Shown here piece after piece: positions 1-8,970 of a stretch of DNA of 62,468 nt; the stretch's first letter is position 1; every line of letters starts with the position of its first letter. The stretch spans positions 1 through 62,468 of the forward strand of contig JBILPB010000003.1 of NCBI GenBank assembly GCA_044374175.1, read 5' to 3'. The notes beneath the pieces are model-generated. The model did not search any database. It was given only the letters and a program-made list of their open reading frames with translations, and had not been told where the DNA came from. The stretch comes from Bacteroidia bacterium (lineage in GTDB: Bacteria > Bacteroidota > Bacteroidia > UBA4408). A program made the translations under genes and the position numbers.

Positions 1-2
1 AT

Positions 3-917
3 TTTGATGAATTATACGCCTTAATTGAACTTTCCGACAATTTAACTAAAAAACCAAGAGTGGCCATTAGAGTTAATATGGATACAGGCATCTATCCTAT
101 GTGGGATCGTTTTGGTTTTAATTATGAGAACGGCACTGCCTGGAATGCCATTACCAAAATTGTTGCTTCTGGAAAACTAAATCTGGTGGGCCTTCATTGC
201 CACATTGGCACCTATATGCTCGCACCTTGGGCCTATGCAACGGCAGCATCAAAGTTGTGTGACCTTGCATGGCATGCAAAAAATCAATTAAACAATCCAG
301 TTCAGTACCTAGATCTTGGAGGTGGTTTTCCGAGCGCTAATACACTTAAAGGAGCCTATTTACCTGGCTCAGATACTGTGCCTCATATTGAAGAATTTGC
401 CGAAGCTATTGCAAGCACAATTATAGCTTATGGCTTTAAACCAGACGAATTGCCTTTGCTTATTTTAGAGAGTGGTAGAGCATTGATTGATGATGCAGGA
501 TATTTATTAGGAACTATTTTAGCCAACAAAAGGTTGAGTGATGGCCGAAGAGCAACTATCTTAGATTTTGGTGTAAATATACTTTTTACCTCATTTTGGT
601 ACGACCATAAAATTAGTCCTGCGCAAGATTTTACGCATCACTCCGAAGATCAGGTTTTATATGGACCACTTTGCATGAACATTGATGTTATTAGAGAAAG
701 TGTAAATTTACCACTTTTAAATAAAGGAGATCAAGTGGTAGTGCATAAAGTTGGGGCCTACAACATGACACAATGGATGCAATTTATTGCGATGAGACCA
801 AATGTGATTATGATTGATACCAAGGGAGAAACGCATTTAATTAGAAAAAAAGAAACATTGCAATATTTAGAAATGCCCGAAGAAATGCCATTGCACTTGA
901 AAGAGTTTAAATTATAA
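3..917 (+). CDS. Fold-type III PLP-dependent decarboxylase (DAP/Orn/Arg decarboxylase family), 5'-partial
   Basis: Frame is open from position 3 (FDELYALIELSDNLTKKPRVAIRVN), so the true start lies upstream of the window. Motifs GLHCHIGT, LDLGGGF, ESGR, GPLC..D and VGAY are present. Confidence 0.9.
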   Translation, partial: FDELYALIELSDNLTKKPRVAIRVNMDTGIYPMWDRFGFNYENGTAWNAITKIVASGKLNLVGLHCHIGTYMLAPWAYATAASKLCDLAWHAKNQLNNPVQYLDLGGGFPSANTLKGAYLPGSDTVPHIEEFAEAIASTIIAYGFKPDELPLLILESGRALIDDAGYLLGTILANKRLSDGRRATILDFGVNILFTSFWYDHKISPAQDFTHHSEDQVLYGPLCMNIDVIRESVNLPLLNKGDQVVVHKVGAYNMTQWMQFIAMRPNVIMIDTKGETHLIRKKETLQYLEMPEEMPLHLKEFKL

Positions 918-927
918 CTAGTAAAAA

Positions 928-3102
928 ATGATTAAGAAAAAAGCAGGATTTATTTTTGAAGGCGTAATCAACAGTTACTCTGTCTTGTTTTTTTCTAATC
1001 ATAAGGTATTTGCATACTTATTACTGGTTATAAGCTTTTTTAATCCTGCTGCTGGTTTAGCTGGTTTAATAGCTGTTTTAACTGCGGTTTTTACAGCAAC
1101 TACAATGGGATTTAATGCAGCATCAACCAAAGCAGGTTTTTATAGTTTTAATGCTTTGCTTATAGGTATTGGTTTGGGTTCTTTTTTTGAAAGTTCTCCT
1201 GTGTTTTTCTTCTTATTAATTTTAGCATCTTTATTTACTTTGGTGCTATCGGTTACGCTAAGTGGTGTTTTAGGAAAATATGGCTTACCTTTTTTATCTA
1301 TTCCCTTTATTACTACTTTTTGGATACTCCTTCTGGCCACCAAAGAGTTCAGCAATTTGGGATTGAGTCAGAGAAATATTTATTGGATCAATGAAATGTA
1401 TGCTGTTGGGGGTAAACCCTTGTTAAGTTTATTTAATAGCATCGAAAATATTCCTATTCCAAAATGGCTCTCTACCTATTTCAGAGCCTTGAGTTCCATC
1501 TTTTTTCAGGATAATATTTTAAGTGGTTTTTTACTTTCGATAGGCATTTTAGTTTACTCAAGAATTGCCTTTTCACTCAGTTTAATTGGCTTTTTTGGGG
1601 CTTATTTGTTTAACGATTTTACTGGTGCCTATGAGGCTGGCATCAACTCCTATCATTTGGGTAGTAATTACATGATGACAGCCATGGCAATAGGTGGTTT
1701 CTTTGCTATACCGAGCTTCTATAGTTATATATGGGCATTTTTTAGTGTTCCCATTACTAATATTTTGGTGATTGCCCTCTCAAAAGTTTTTGGGGTTTTT
1801 GCTTTGCCTATTTTCTCGTTACCATTTTGCATCATGATTTTGTTGTATTTATACTTTTTAAAAATGCGAATTTTAGCAGGAAAATTGGTTCTAACACCCA
1901 TTCAACATTACTCTCCAGAAGTTAATTTATATCAGTTTAAAAATGGCAGTGAGCGGTTAAAAAATGAATATTATTTTAAATTTAATTTGCCTGTGATCGG
2001 AGAATGGGCAGTTACACAAGGTTATGATGGAAACATTACCCATAAAGATGATTGGAGCAAGGCCTTAGACTTTATGATTTTAGATCAACAACTTAAATCA
2101 TTTTCTGGCAACGGAACCGCACTTGAAAATTTTTACAGCTATAACAAACCCGTATTGGCCGCGGGAGATGGCTATGTGCAGGAAATTGTAGACTATATTG
2201 AAGATAATCCAATTGGAGAAATTAACAGAGAACAAAATTGGGGAAATTCAATAATATTGTATCATTCCATAGGTTTATTTTCAAAGTTATCGCATCTTAA
2301 GAAAAACTCATTTATTGTAAAGCAAGGCGACTACGTAAAAAAGGGACAAGTGCTTGCTTATTGCGGTAATTCTGGAAGATCACCTGAACCACATTTACAT
2401 TTTCAAATTCAATCAGCACCTTATATTGGCAGTAAAACACTGGCTTATCCAATCAGTTATTTTTATCAGAGTGATGGAAAAGACATTCAATATCTAACAT
2501 TTTCTACTCCTCAAGAAGGCAGCTTTGTTGCAAATATCAATATCAACAAATTATTGCATCAAGCATTTGCCTTCCAACCAGGATATAGTATTAAATATAA
2601 AGAAGGAAACACGATTGAAACGTGGACTGTGTTCACTGATGCCTACAATCAAACCTATATTAGTTGTAAGGAAAACAACGCGGTAGCCTACTTTGTAAAC
2701 AATGAAACTGTTTTTTATTTTACTAACTTCTATGGAAGTAAAGCCTCCATATTGTATCAATTTTATTTATCTATATTTAAAGTTGTATTGAGTTACATGC
2801 CGCAAGTTATCATCAACGATGTGCTTCCATTAAGTATGGTGCAAGCGCCTTTTGTAAAATTAATACAAGATTTTGTGGCTCCGTTTGTGCAACTTATAAA
2901 ACCAAAGTACACGTTAAATTATACAAGTATAGATGATGAACATTTTACTTCTGAAATAACGCTTGAATCTATAATTGAGATTGACGCTATGGGTTATAAA
3001 AGTGTTTTCAGAACTAGCCAAATAATTTTAAGCAATGGAAAATTAAATCAATTAGTGATTAATCAAGCTGGCAAGGAGAGAGTTTTTACATGTATAGATT
3101 AG
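928..3102 (+). CDS. Urea transporter (UT) family membrane domain fused to an M23 metallopeptidase domain and a C-terminal extension
   Basis: The first ~310 aa are hydrophobic with duplicated UT-like halves (GFYSFNALLIG/PFLSIPF and GSNYMMTAMA/PIFSLPF). They are followed by M23 motifs: HKDDWSKALDF, VLAAGDG, NWGNSIIL, SHLKKNS..VKQGDYVKKGQVLAYCGNSGRSPEPHLHFQ. Confidence 0.85.
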   Translation: MIKKKAGFIFEGVINSYSVLFFSNHKVFAYLLLVISFFNPAAGLAGLIAVLTAVFTATTMGFNAASTKAGFYSFNALLIGIGLGSFFESSPVFFFLLILASLFTLVLSVTLSGVLGKYGLPFLSIPFITTFWILLLATKEFSNLGLSQRNIYWINEMYAVGGKPLLSLFNSIENIPIPKWLSTYFRALSSIFFQDNILSGFLLSIGILVYSRIAFSLSLIGFFGAYLFNDFTGAYEAGINSYHLGSNYMMTAMAIGGFFAIPSFYSYIWAFFSVPITNILVIALSKVFGVFALPIFSLPFCIMILLYLYFLKMRILAGKLVLTPIQHYSPEVNLYQFKNGSERLKNEYYFKFNLPVIGEWAVTQGYDGNITHKDDWSKALDFMILDQQLKSFSGNGTALENFYSYNKPVLAAGDGYVQEIVDYIEDNPIGEINREQNWGNSIILYHSIGLFSKLSHLKKNSFIVKQGDYVKKGQVLAYCGNSGRSPEPHLHFQIQSAPYIGSKTLAYPISYFYQSDGKDIQYLTFSTPQEGSFVANININKLLHQAFAFQPGYSIKYKEGNTIETWTVFTDAYNQTYISCKENNAVAYFVNNETVFYFTNFYGSKASILYQFYLSIFKVVLSYMPQVIINDVLPLSMVQAPFVKLIQDFVAPFVQLIKPKYTLNYTSIDDEHFTSEITLESIIEIDAMGYKSVFRTSQIILSNGKLNQLVINQAGKERVFTCID

Positions 3103-4298
3103 CAATCATCATATGGTTTTGTTTAAGTTGTGTAAGCTCGGTAAGTAGTCAGCAGATTACCTATGGCTATTTTGATAGTTTAAGCTATGCACAATATGTG
3201 GCGGGCGATTGGGATCATTTATTGCAAACTGCTGAAATTGCCAAAAATGCCGATATCAGTTTTCCTTTGTTAAGTATGAGAATAGGTTATGCTGCCCTAA
3301 TGAAAGGCAATAATAGTTTATCATTAAAGCATTATTCAAACGCTTTGGAATTTGATAGTTATAATCAAGATGCACTTTATTATGCTGTGCTCAACAATAC
3401 CTTACTTTCGAGAAGAGATGCTGCATCGTATATTTCTTTAAATTTAAATGATGCTATCAAAAAGCCATTAAATGTGGGATATAAAAAGTTGGTAGAAATA
3501 ATAGATATAGAATTGAGCTTTAAGTCTACCAATAATGAAACGCGTAAGCTAGGTCAATACTATAGGTTTGGCATTGGAAATAGAATTAATTACCGTTGGA
3601 AACTTTATCATAGCTTTATAACCTACAGACAGAATTTATTAGAGCCTAAAACTAATCAGAGAAATGCTGGTCCTCCAAACAGAAACGCACCAATAAGTTT
3701 TAGAAGTTTCTTAACACATGATTATCAATACTTTTTAAAATCTGAAGTATGTATAAATTCTAAATTCTCATTGACTAATGCATTTCATTACACACATACT
3801 AATTTTGATGATGCAACTTATAATACCTATATTTTTAATATTGGGCTTAAAATAACACAACCATTTATTGATTATAAAATTGAGTTAAACGCAGGTCCAA
3901 TGCTTGATTCATTGCTAGCTCAAGTGGCAGTATCATCGACATACCAGCCATTTGGAAATTTAATTTTTTATGGAAACAGTAGATTGAGTTTTCAAAAAAG
4001 AACCCACCAATCTCAACTTAATTTTTCGCAAATGCTTGGGTTTAAACTTAGTAATAAATTATGGTTAGAAACACATGCTACACTTGGACAAATAAAAAAC
4101 TTAATTGACAACGATGCCCTTTATATTTACGATGCACTTGATGCTGGTAAATTTAGAATTGGGGCAAGCCTATTGATACCTTTTACACCAAAACTTACCT
4201 TCCAAGGAAATTATTATTTCGAACCAAAAATACTATATTTACAAAACAACATTTACAATTTAAATTCATTTACATTAGGAATATCATGGAAACTATAA
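3090..4298 (+). CDS. Secreted protein with N-terminal TPR-like helices and a probable C-terminal outer-membrane beta-barrel
   Basis: Signal peptide, a TPR-like segment (RIGYAALMKGNNSLSLKHYSNALEFDSYNQDALYY), alternating aromatic beta-strands in the C-terminal part, ending GISWKL. Confidence 0.55.
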   Translation: MYRLAIIIWFCLSCVSSVSSQQITYGYFDSLSYAQYVAGDWDHLLQTAEIAKNADISFPLLSMRIGYAALMKGNNSLSLKHYSNALEFDSYNQDALYYAVLNNTLLSRRDAASYISLNLNDAIKKPLNVGYKKLVEIIDIELSFKSTNNETRKLGQYYRFGIGNRINYRWKLYHSFITYRQNLLEPKTNQRNAGPPNRNAPISFRSFLTHDYQYFLKSEVCINSKFSLTNAFHYTHTNFDDATYNTYIFNIGLKITQPFIDYKIELNAGPMLDSLLAQVAVSSTYQPFGNLIFYGNSRLSFQKRTHQSQLNFSQMLGFKLSNKLWLETHATLGQIKNLIDNDALYIYDALDAGKFRIGASLLIPFTPKLTFQGNYYFEPKILYLQNNIYNLNSFTLGISWKL

Positions 4299-4906
4299 AA
4301 AAAATATTCATTGCTTTTGCAATTATTAGTGTTCAAAATTATGCATTTGCGCAAACAGAAGTGGCGCAGCAAAAAGCCTTTTCGGCCAGTTATATAGCAG
4401 AAGGAAAATATAATTATACTGAAGCCATTACCCAAATAAACAATGTTTACTTAGAAGGAAATTATGAAATGAATTTGCGTTTAGGTTGGCTAAATTACTT
4501 GACAAAGAATTATACAAATGCTATTAAGTATTATGAAAAAGCTACCACTTTAAAACCTTATGCTATTGAAGCAAAATTTGGTTTAATAAAGCCATTAGCA
4601 GCTTTAGAGAGTTGGGATAAGGTGATTAAGCAATATGAATCTATACTTATTATTGATCCGCAAAGCACTGTTGCTAATTACTACTTAGGTTATGCTCTTT
4701 ACAACAGAAAACAATATGAAACTGCCAGTAAGCACTTTGAGAAGGTGGTAAATCTTTATCCTTTTGATTATGACAATTCTATTATGTTGGCCTGGACTTA
4801 TTTTCGTTTAGGCAAAAATAATGAAGCTAAAGTGCTTTTTAATAAAGTGCTATTGATGAGCCCAAATGATGCATCGGCTTTAGAGGGATTAGCATCTTTT
4901 AAATAA
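4286..4906 (+). CDS. Exported tetratricopeptide-repeat protein
   Basis: Signal peptide (AFA-Q) and several TPRs, e.g. ANYYLGYALYNRKQYETASKHFEKVVNLYP. Confidence 0.85.
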   Translation: METIKKIFIAFAIISVQNYAFAQTEVAQQKAFSASYIAEGKYNYTEAITQINNVYLEGNYEMNLRLGWLNYLTKNYTNAIKYYEKATTLKPYAIEAKFGLIKPLAALESWDKVIKQYESILIIDPQSTVANYYLGYALYNRKQYETASKHFEKVVNLYPFDYDNSIMLAWTYFRLGKNNEAKVLFNKVLLMSPNDASALEGLASFK

Positions 4907-4950
4907 CAAAAAAAGGTGTGTTGTAATTTCCAACACACCTTTTTTTGTTA
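4904..4950. terminator. Bidirectional intrinsic terminator
   Basis: Perfect 20-bp inverted repeat TAACAAAAAAAGGTGTGTTG / CAACACACCTTTTTTTGTTA with a 7-nt loop, between convergent genes. Confidence 0.9.
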
Positions 4951-4964
4951 GAAGTAAAAATTGT

Positions 4965-5405
4965 TTATTGTTTAAATCCTACAAGTACAGCAGCACAACC
5001 TACTTTACTTATTTCATTTGATGCCTTAGCGGCAGTAGGTATAATAACCACTACCTTCATTTGTTGAGTACTAGCTACTTCAAATTCCCAAAACTTTGCG
5101 AAGTTGTGATCTTTGTTATCGAAAACAAGTTTGTTCTTGTTATCAAAAACTTGAAATTGTGCTTTTCCTATAGATTCTTGAGAGCAAATAAGCAAACGAT
5201 AACTCATTCCCGAGTAAAAGGTTAAATCTAATTCTGCCTCTTCGCCTGGCGCCATCTGTTGAATATTTAACTGGCCATTATGAGTGAAAGGATTTAATTC
5301 TGGCATACAAGTTTTTTTTGCAAACTGGTTGCACTGTGCTTTTGAAAGGCCCGAAAATCCAGTAAGAAGGAAAATCGAAAATAATATCTTAAATGTTGTT
5401 TTCAT
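4965..5405 (-). CDS. Hypothetical secreted protein with four Cys and a beta-rich fold
   Basis: Signal peptide ending SKA-Q, 146-aa ORF, co-oriented with the upstream lipoprotein. Confidence 0.75.
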   Translation of the reverse strand: MKTTFKILFSIFLLTGFSGLSKAQCNQFAKKTCMPELNPFTHNGQLNIQQMAPGEEAELDLTFYSGMSYRLLICSQESIGKAQFQVFDNKNKLVFDNKDHNFAKFWEFEVASTQQMKVVVIIPTAAKASNEISKVGCAAVLVGFKQ

Positions 5406-5423
5406 ATCTTGTATTTAGTATTA

Positions 5424-6314
5424 CTAACTAATTATCATTGTTCTAATCGCTGTAATTTTTTTGGTAATTTCAGCAAGCTGAGCGGGTGTTAAAGTTAACT
5501 CGCCTGAAGAACCAATAACTGTTTTTTGTGCAGCAGCATCAGTTTTAACTTCGGCAGGAGGTACATCTGTCATTTTTACATTATCATATATCGTTTTCAA
5601 TGCTTTTAACTCTGTCATCATTTCTGGCGCATTATCATTAGCTTGATTAGTCTCTAACAATCCAATAAGGTTTTCTAAGATTAATTTTTGTTCTGCAATT
5701 CTCTTAACAATCATTTGATTGTTAGCATTTGATGATGCAATATTTACAGAAATATATAAGCCTTCGATCCAACCACCTGCAACCACTAATGCAGAAACAC
5801 CAGCGCGATCATTATTTTTTAAATAAATATCTGTTTCAAGGTAGGTATCAGAAATAATCTTTAACAATGAATCTTTGTTGTTTAGATTTTTCTCCATACG
5901 TTTTACTGTATTTTCGTTGATAGCGCCAGTAATACCTAAACCATCAGCCAATTTTTTACAAACACCCATGTAAACTATAGCTTCTTGGGTTTGATCGAAA
6001 GTGCTGGTATAACTAAGATCGGCTCCAAAAACACCAAGATTCATAGCCTTTTGAATAATTGATGTGTATTTAGCTTCGTTAGAGGCCGGATTCAACATGT
6101 TTTTATTGTAGTTTGCACCAGTTGCCTTAATCATTGCCGACAACTCGCTAGGAGATGGCACTGCATAAAATACTTTAGCAACTTTGTTTTTACTTTCAAT
6201 TGCTGCTGGATCTACATCTTCTGTATCCGACTTAGAACCATTATTACAAGCAAATAATGATGAAATAATTGCCAAAGCAATTACAAAATTTAATTTAGCA
6301 CTTAACCACTTCAT
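5424..6314 (-). CDS. Hypothetical helical lipoprotein
   Basis: Lipobox LFAC after a hydrophobic leader; 296-aa ORF. Confidence 0.8.
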   Translation of the reverse strand: MKWLSAKLNFVIALAIISSLFACNNGSKSDTEDVDPAAIESKNKVAKVFYAVPSPSELSAMIKATGANYNKNMLNPASNEAKYTSIIQKAMNLGVFGADLSYTSTFDQTQEAIVYMGVCKKLADGLGITGAINENTVKRMEKNLNNKDSLLKIISDTYLETDIYLKNNDRAGVSALVVAGGWIEGLYISVNIASSNANNQMIVKRIAEQKLILENLIGLLETNQANDNAPEMMTELKALKTIYDNVKMTDVPPAEVKTDAAAQKTVIGSSGELTLTPAQLAEITKKITAIRTMIIS

Positions 6315-6459
6315 AATGAGTTGTTTTAAAGTTTATTTACAAAAAATCACTCACAAACTTACAACTTTTAAAGATAAAAACAAATCATTTTTTACTTTCA
6401 TTCAATAAATTAATTGGAAAACAGCGCTTTTGTTGTTTATTTGCTGGATAAAATAATTC

Positions 6460-7962
6460 ATGCAAATAATTTTTGCCATACTTTTTGCAAGCGCTTTGGC
6501 TTGTTTGATCGTCAATTGGAGATTATTTAAAAATAAAAGGTTTAGCTCAACAACTTTTTGTGGCCTTTTTATTTTAAAACTGTTTTTTGGTGTTTGTTTT
6601 TATCTGGTATATACAGCCTATTATAGCAACAATCAAACAAGCGATATGCATAAGTACTATAATGATGCTGTAAAAATTTTTGAGCTTACAAAGGAAAATC
6701 CACGGTCATATTTGAGTATTTTAACTGGTCTTGAAATTGATTACAAAGATGAAATAATTACCCAACAGCTCAATTTTTGGTATCAAGAAGAAAGTGCCTC
6801 AGTTATTAATGACTCAAGAATGGTTATACGATTTAATTTGTTGATGCTTCCTTTGAGCAAAGGTAATATATACCTGCACTTAGTAATGATGGTGTTCCTC
6901 TCATTTATAGGGCTTTTTCTAATTTATTTAGGTTTTGAGAAATACTTCATGGAGAGTGAAATTTTACTGCTAATTTCATGTTTTGGAATACCTTCTGTTA
7001 TGTTTTGGTCATCGGGCATTATGAAAGAAGGCTTATTGATATTTTTCTTTGGCTTATTGATTTATACCCTATTTATCATCCAAAAAAAATCGCTCCGAAG
7101 GGTTGTATTATTTTTGCTCTCTATTGTGGGCCTATTTTTCGCAAAATTCTATGTCGCGCTTTCCCTCATCCCGTCCTTACTTTTCTTGTTTATTGGATCA
7201 ATAAATAAAACAAAATCAACATTATGGCAGCTCGGTTTAACTTGTATAATTGTTGTTTTTAGCGCCATAGGCTTTAATACCCTATTCAACAATGAGCCAC
7301 TCCAAAAATTATCTAAGAAGCAAAACGATTTTATTAACCTTTCTATTGGTGGCGTTTACCTGGCCAATACACAGTATCCGTATGATACTATTTTTACATT
7401 AAAGCCAAGTTCACTTCATAGTTTAACCGTCATAACAGAAGGAAAAACAGCTAAGCTTAAACCAGGAACGATTTATCATCATTGGAAAAACCCCGGTTAT
7501 GCAGATACATTGGTGGCTAACAAGAAACTCAATTTATATACTGTACTTAAAGTACTTGAACCAACAGGAAGTGCAATATCGCTCAAACGTTTAATGCCAA
7601 ACTATATAAGTGTAATAAAACTGTTTCCCGAAGCTTTTATGAATGTTTTTTTCAGACCATTTATATTTGATGTTGAGAATTTTTTCTCCTTATTTGCTTG
7701 CATTGAAAACATCGCATTATTGCTGCTTTTTATTTTTATGATTTGGAAGTATAAAAAGCCCGAAAGCAGTATTCAAAGCGTAATTATTTTTTCTTTTTTA
7801 TTTGTGTTTACACTCTACACCCTTGTTGGCTTAACTACTCCAGTATTAGGAGCAGCGGTAAGGTATAAAGTGCCTGCACTACCCTTTTTATTGATAAGTA
7901 TATTTTTACTTATTGACTTTACTAAATACAAGGTTTATTTCAATTTAATAAACAAGAAATGA
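6460..7962 (+). CDS. Polytopic membrane protein, possibly a GT-C-like glycan polymerase/transferase
   Basis: About 11-12 hydrophobic segments, an acidic early loop (QTSDMHKYY), a WSSGIMKE motif and C-terminal GAAVRYKVP. Confidence 0.55.
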   Translation: MQIIFAILFASALACLIVNWRLFKNKRFSSTTFCGLFILKLFFGVCFYLVYTAYYSNNQTSDMHKYYNDAVKIFELTKENPRSYLSILTGLEIDYKDEIITQQLNFWYQEESASVINDSRMVIRFNLLMLPLSKGNIYLHLVMMVFLSFIGLFLIYLGFEKYFMESEILLLISCFGIPSVMFWSSGIMKEGLLIFFFGLLIYTLFIIQKKSLRRVVLFLLSIVGLFFAKFYVALSLIPSLLFLFIGSINKTKSTLWQLGLTCIIVVFSAIGFNTLFNNEPLQKLSKKQNDFINLSIGGVYLANTQYPYDTIFTLKPSSLHSLTVITEGKTAKLKPGTIYHHWKNPGYADTLVANKKLNLYTVLKVLEPTGSAISLKRLMPNYISVIKLFPEAFMNVFFRPFIFDVENFFSLFACIENIALLLLFIFMIWKYKKPESSIQSVIIFSFLFVFTLYTLVGLTTPVLGAAVRYKVPALPFLLISIFLLIDFTKYKVYFNLINKK

Positions 7963-8015
7963 TTCAAACATTTAAATATGCATTATCATTGCAAATAAAA
8001 ACAAGTTCAAAATAC

Positions 8016-8023
8016 TAAATTTG
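8016..8023 (+). promoter_or_regulatory. Bacteroidota primary-sigma -7 element for ribF
   Basis: TAAATTTG matches TAnnTTTG, 17 nt upstream of the GTG start. Confidence 0.55.
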
Positions 8024-8040
8024 CACAATTATTAAAAGCA

Positions 8041-8970
8041 GTGAAAATACATTACGATTTAGAATCAATACCTACATTGCTGCGTACAGCAGTTACCACT
8101 GGCACTTTTGACGGTGTACATTTAGGACATAAAACAATTATAGAAAGGCTTATTTCTGCTGCAAAAAATATTGATGGAGAATCGGTTTTGCTTACCTTTT
8201 ACCCTCATCCTCGAATGGTATTGTTTCCTGATGATGATCAGATTAAAATGCTTAACACACCGCTTGAAAAAGAGCAATTATTGCAAGCTTGTGGCATCGA
8301 CCACCTGGTTGTAATTCCTTTTACAAAGGAGTTTTCAAGACTTTCATCATTAGAATTTGTAAGAAATATTTTATCAAATGCCTTAAAAGCAAAAAAATTA
8401 GTGATTGGCTACGACCACCATTTTGGAAGGAATCGTGAAGGAAGTTTTGCTCATTTACTTGAATTTGGTTCCTTATATGGTTTTGAAGTAGAAGAAATTC
8501 CAGCCCAAGATATAGATCATGTAGCTATAAGTTCATCAAAAATAAGGCAAGCCTTAGTATCGGGTGATTTATCAACGGCAAATAATTATTTAGGTTATGA
8601 ATATAGTATCACTGGAAAAGTAATAAAAGGTAAACAACTTGGCAGAACAATTGGTTATCCCACTGCTAATATTGAAATTAATGATAAGTACAAATTAATT
8701 CCAGCCATTGGGGTTTATGCTGTAAAAGTGAAATATAGCACTCAACTTTTTGATGGTATGCTTAGCATAGGCAAAAATCCTACTGTTACAGCAAATGGAC
8801 CTTTGACCATCGAGGTTAATATCTTTGATTTCAATCATGAAATTTATCATAAAGAAATTACTATTTACTTTTACAAGAAATTACGTGATGAAGAGAAATA
8901 TGATTCTCTTGATGAGTTAAAAGCCCAGCTTGCTGTTGATAAAGAAAACGCAATTAAACATCTTTTATAA
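8041..8970 (+). CDS. ribF: Bifunctional riboflavin kinase/FAD synthetase
   Basis: GTFDGVHLGH, VIGYDHHFG, ISSSKIR, GRTIGYPTAN, EVNIFDF. Confidence 0.97.
   Translation: MKIHYDLESIPTLLRTAVTTGTFDGVHLGHKTIIERLISAAKNIDGESVLLTFYPHPRMVLFPDDDQIKMLNTPLEKEQLLQACGIDHLVVIPFTKEFSRLSSLEFVRNILSNALKAKKLVIGYDHHFGRNREGSFAHLLEFGSLYGFEVEEIPAQDIDHVAISSSKIRQALVSGDLSTANNYLGYEYSITGKVIKGKQLGRTIGYPTANIEINDKYKLIPAIGVYAVKVKYSTQLFDGMLSIGKNPTVTANGPLTIEVNIFDFNHEIYHKEITIYFYKKLRDEEKYDSLDELKAQLAVDKENAIKHLL

Noticed and set aside
3-917. Calling the first gene lysA
   Set aside because: It lacks the LysA-typical Cys-Glu-Ser motif and sits in a non-biosynthetic operon, so the symbol was withheld.
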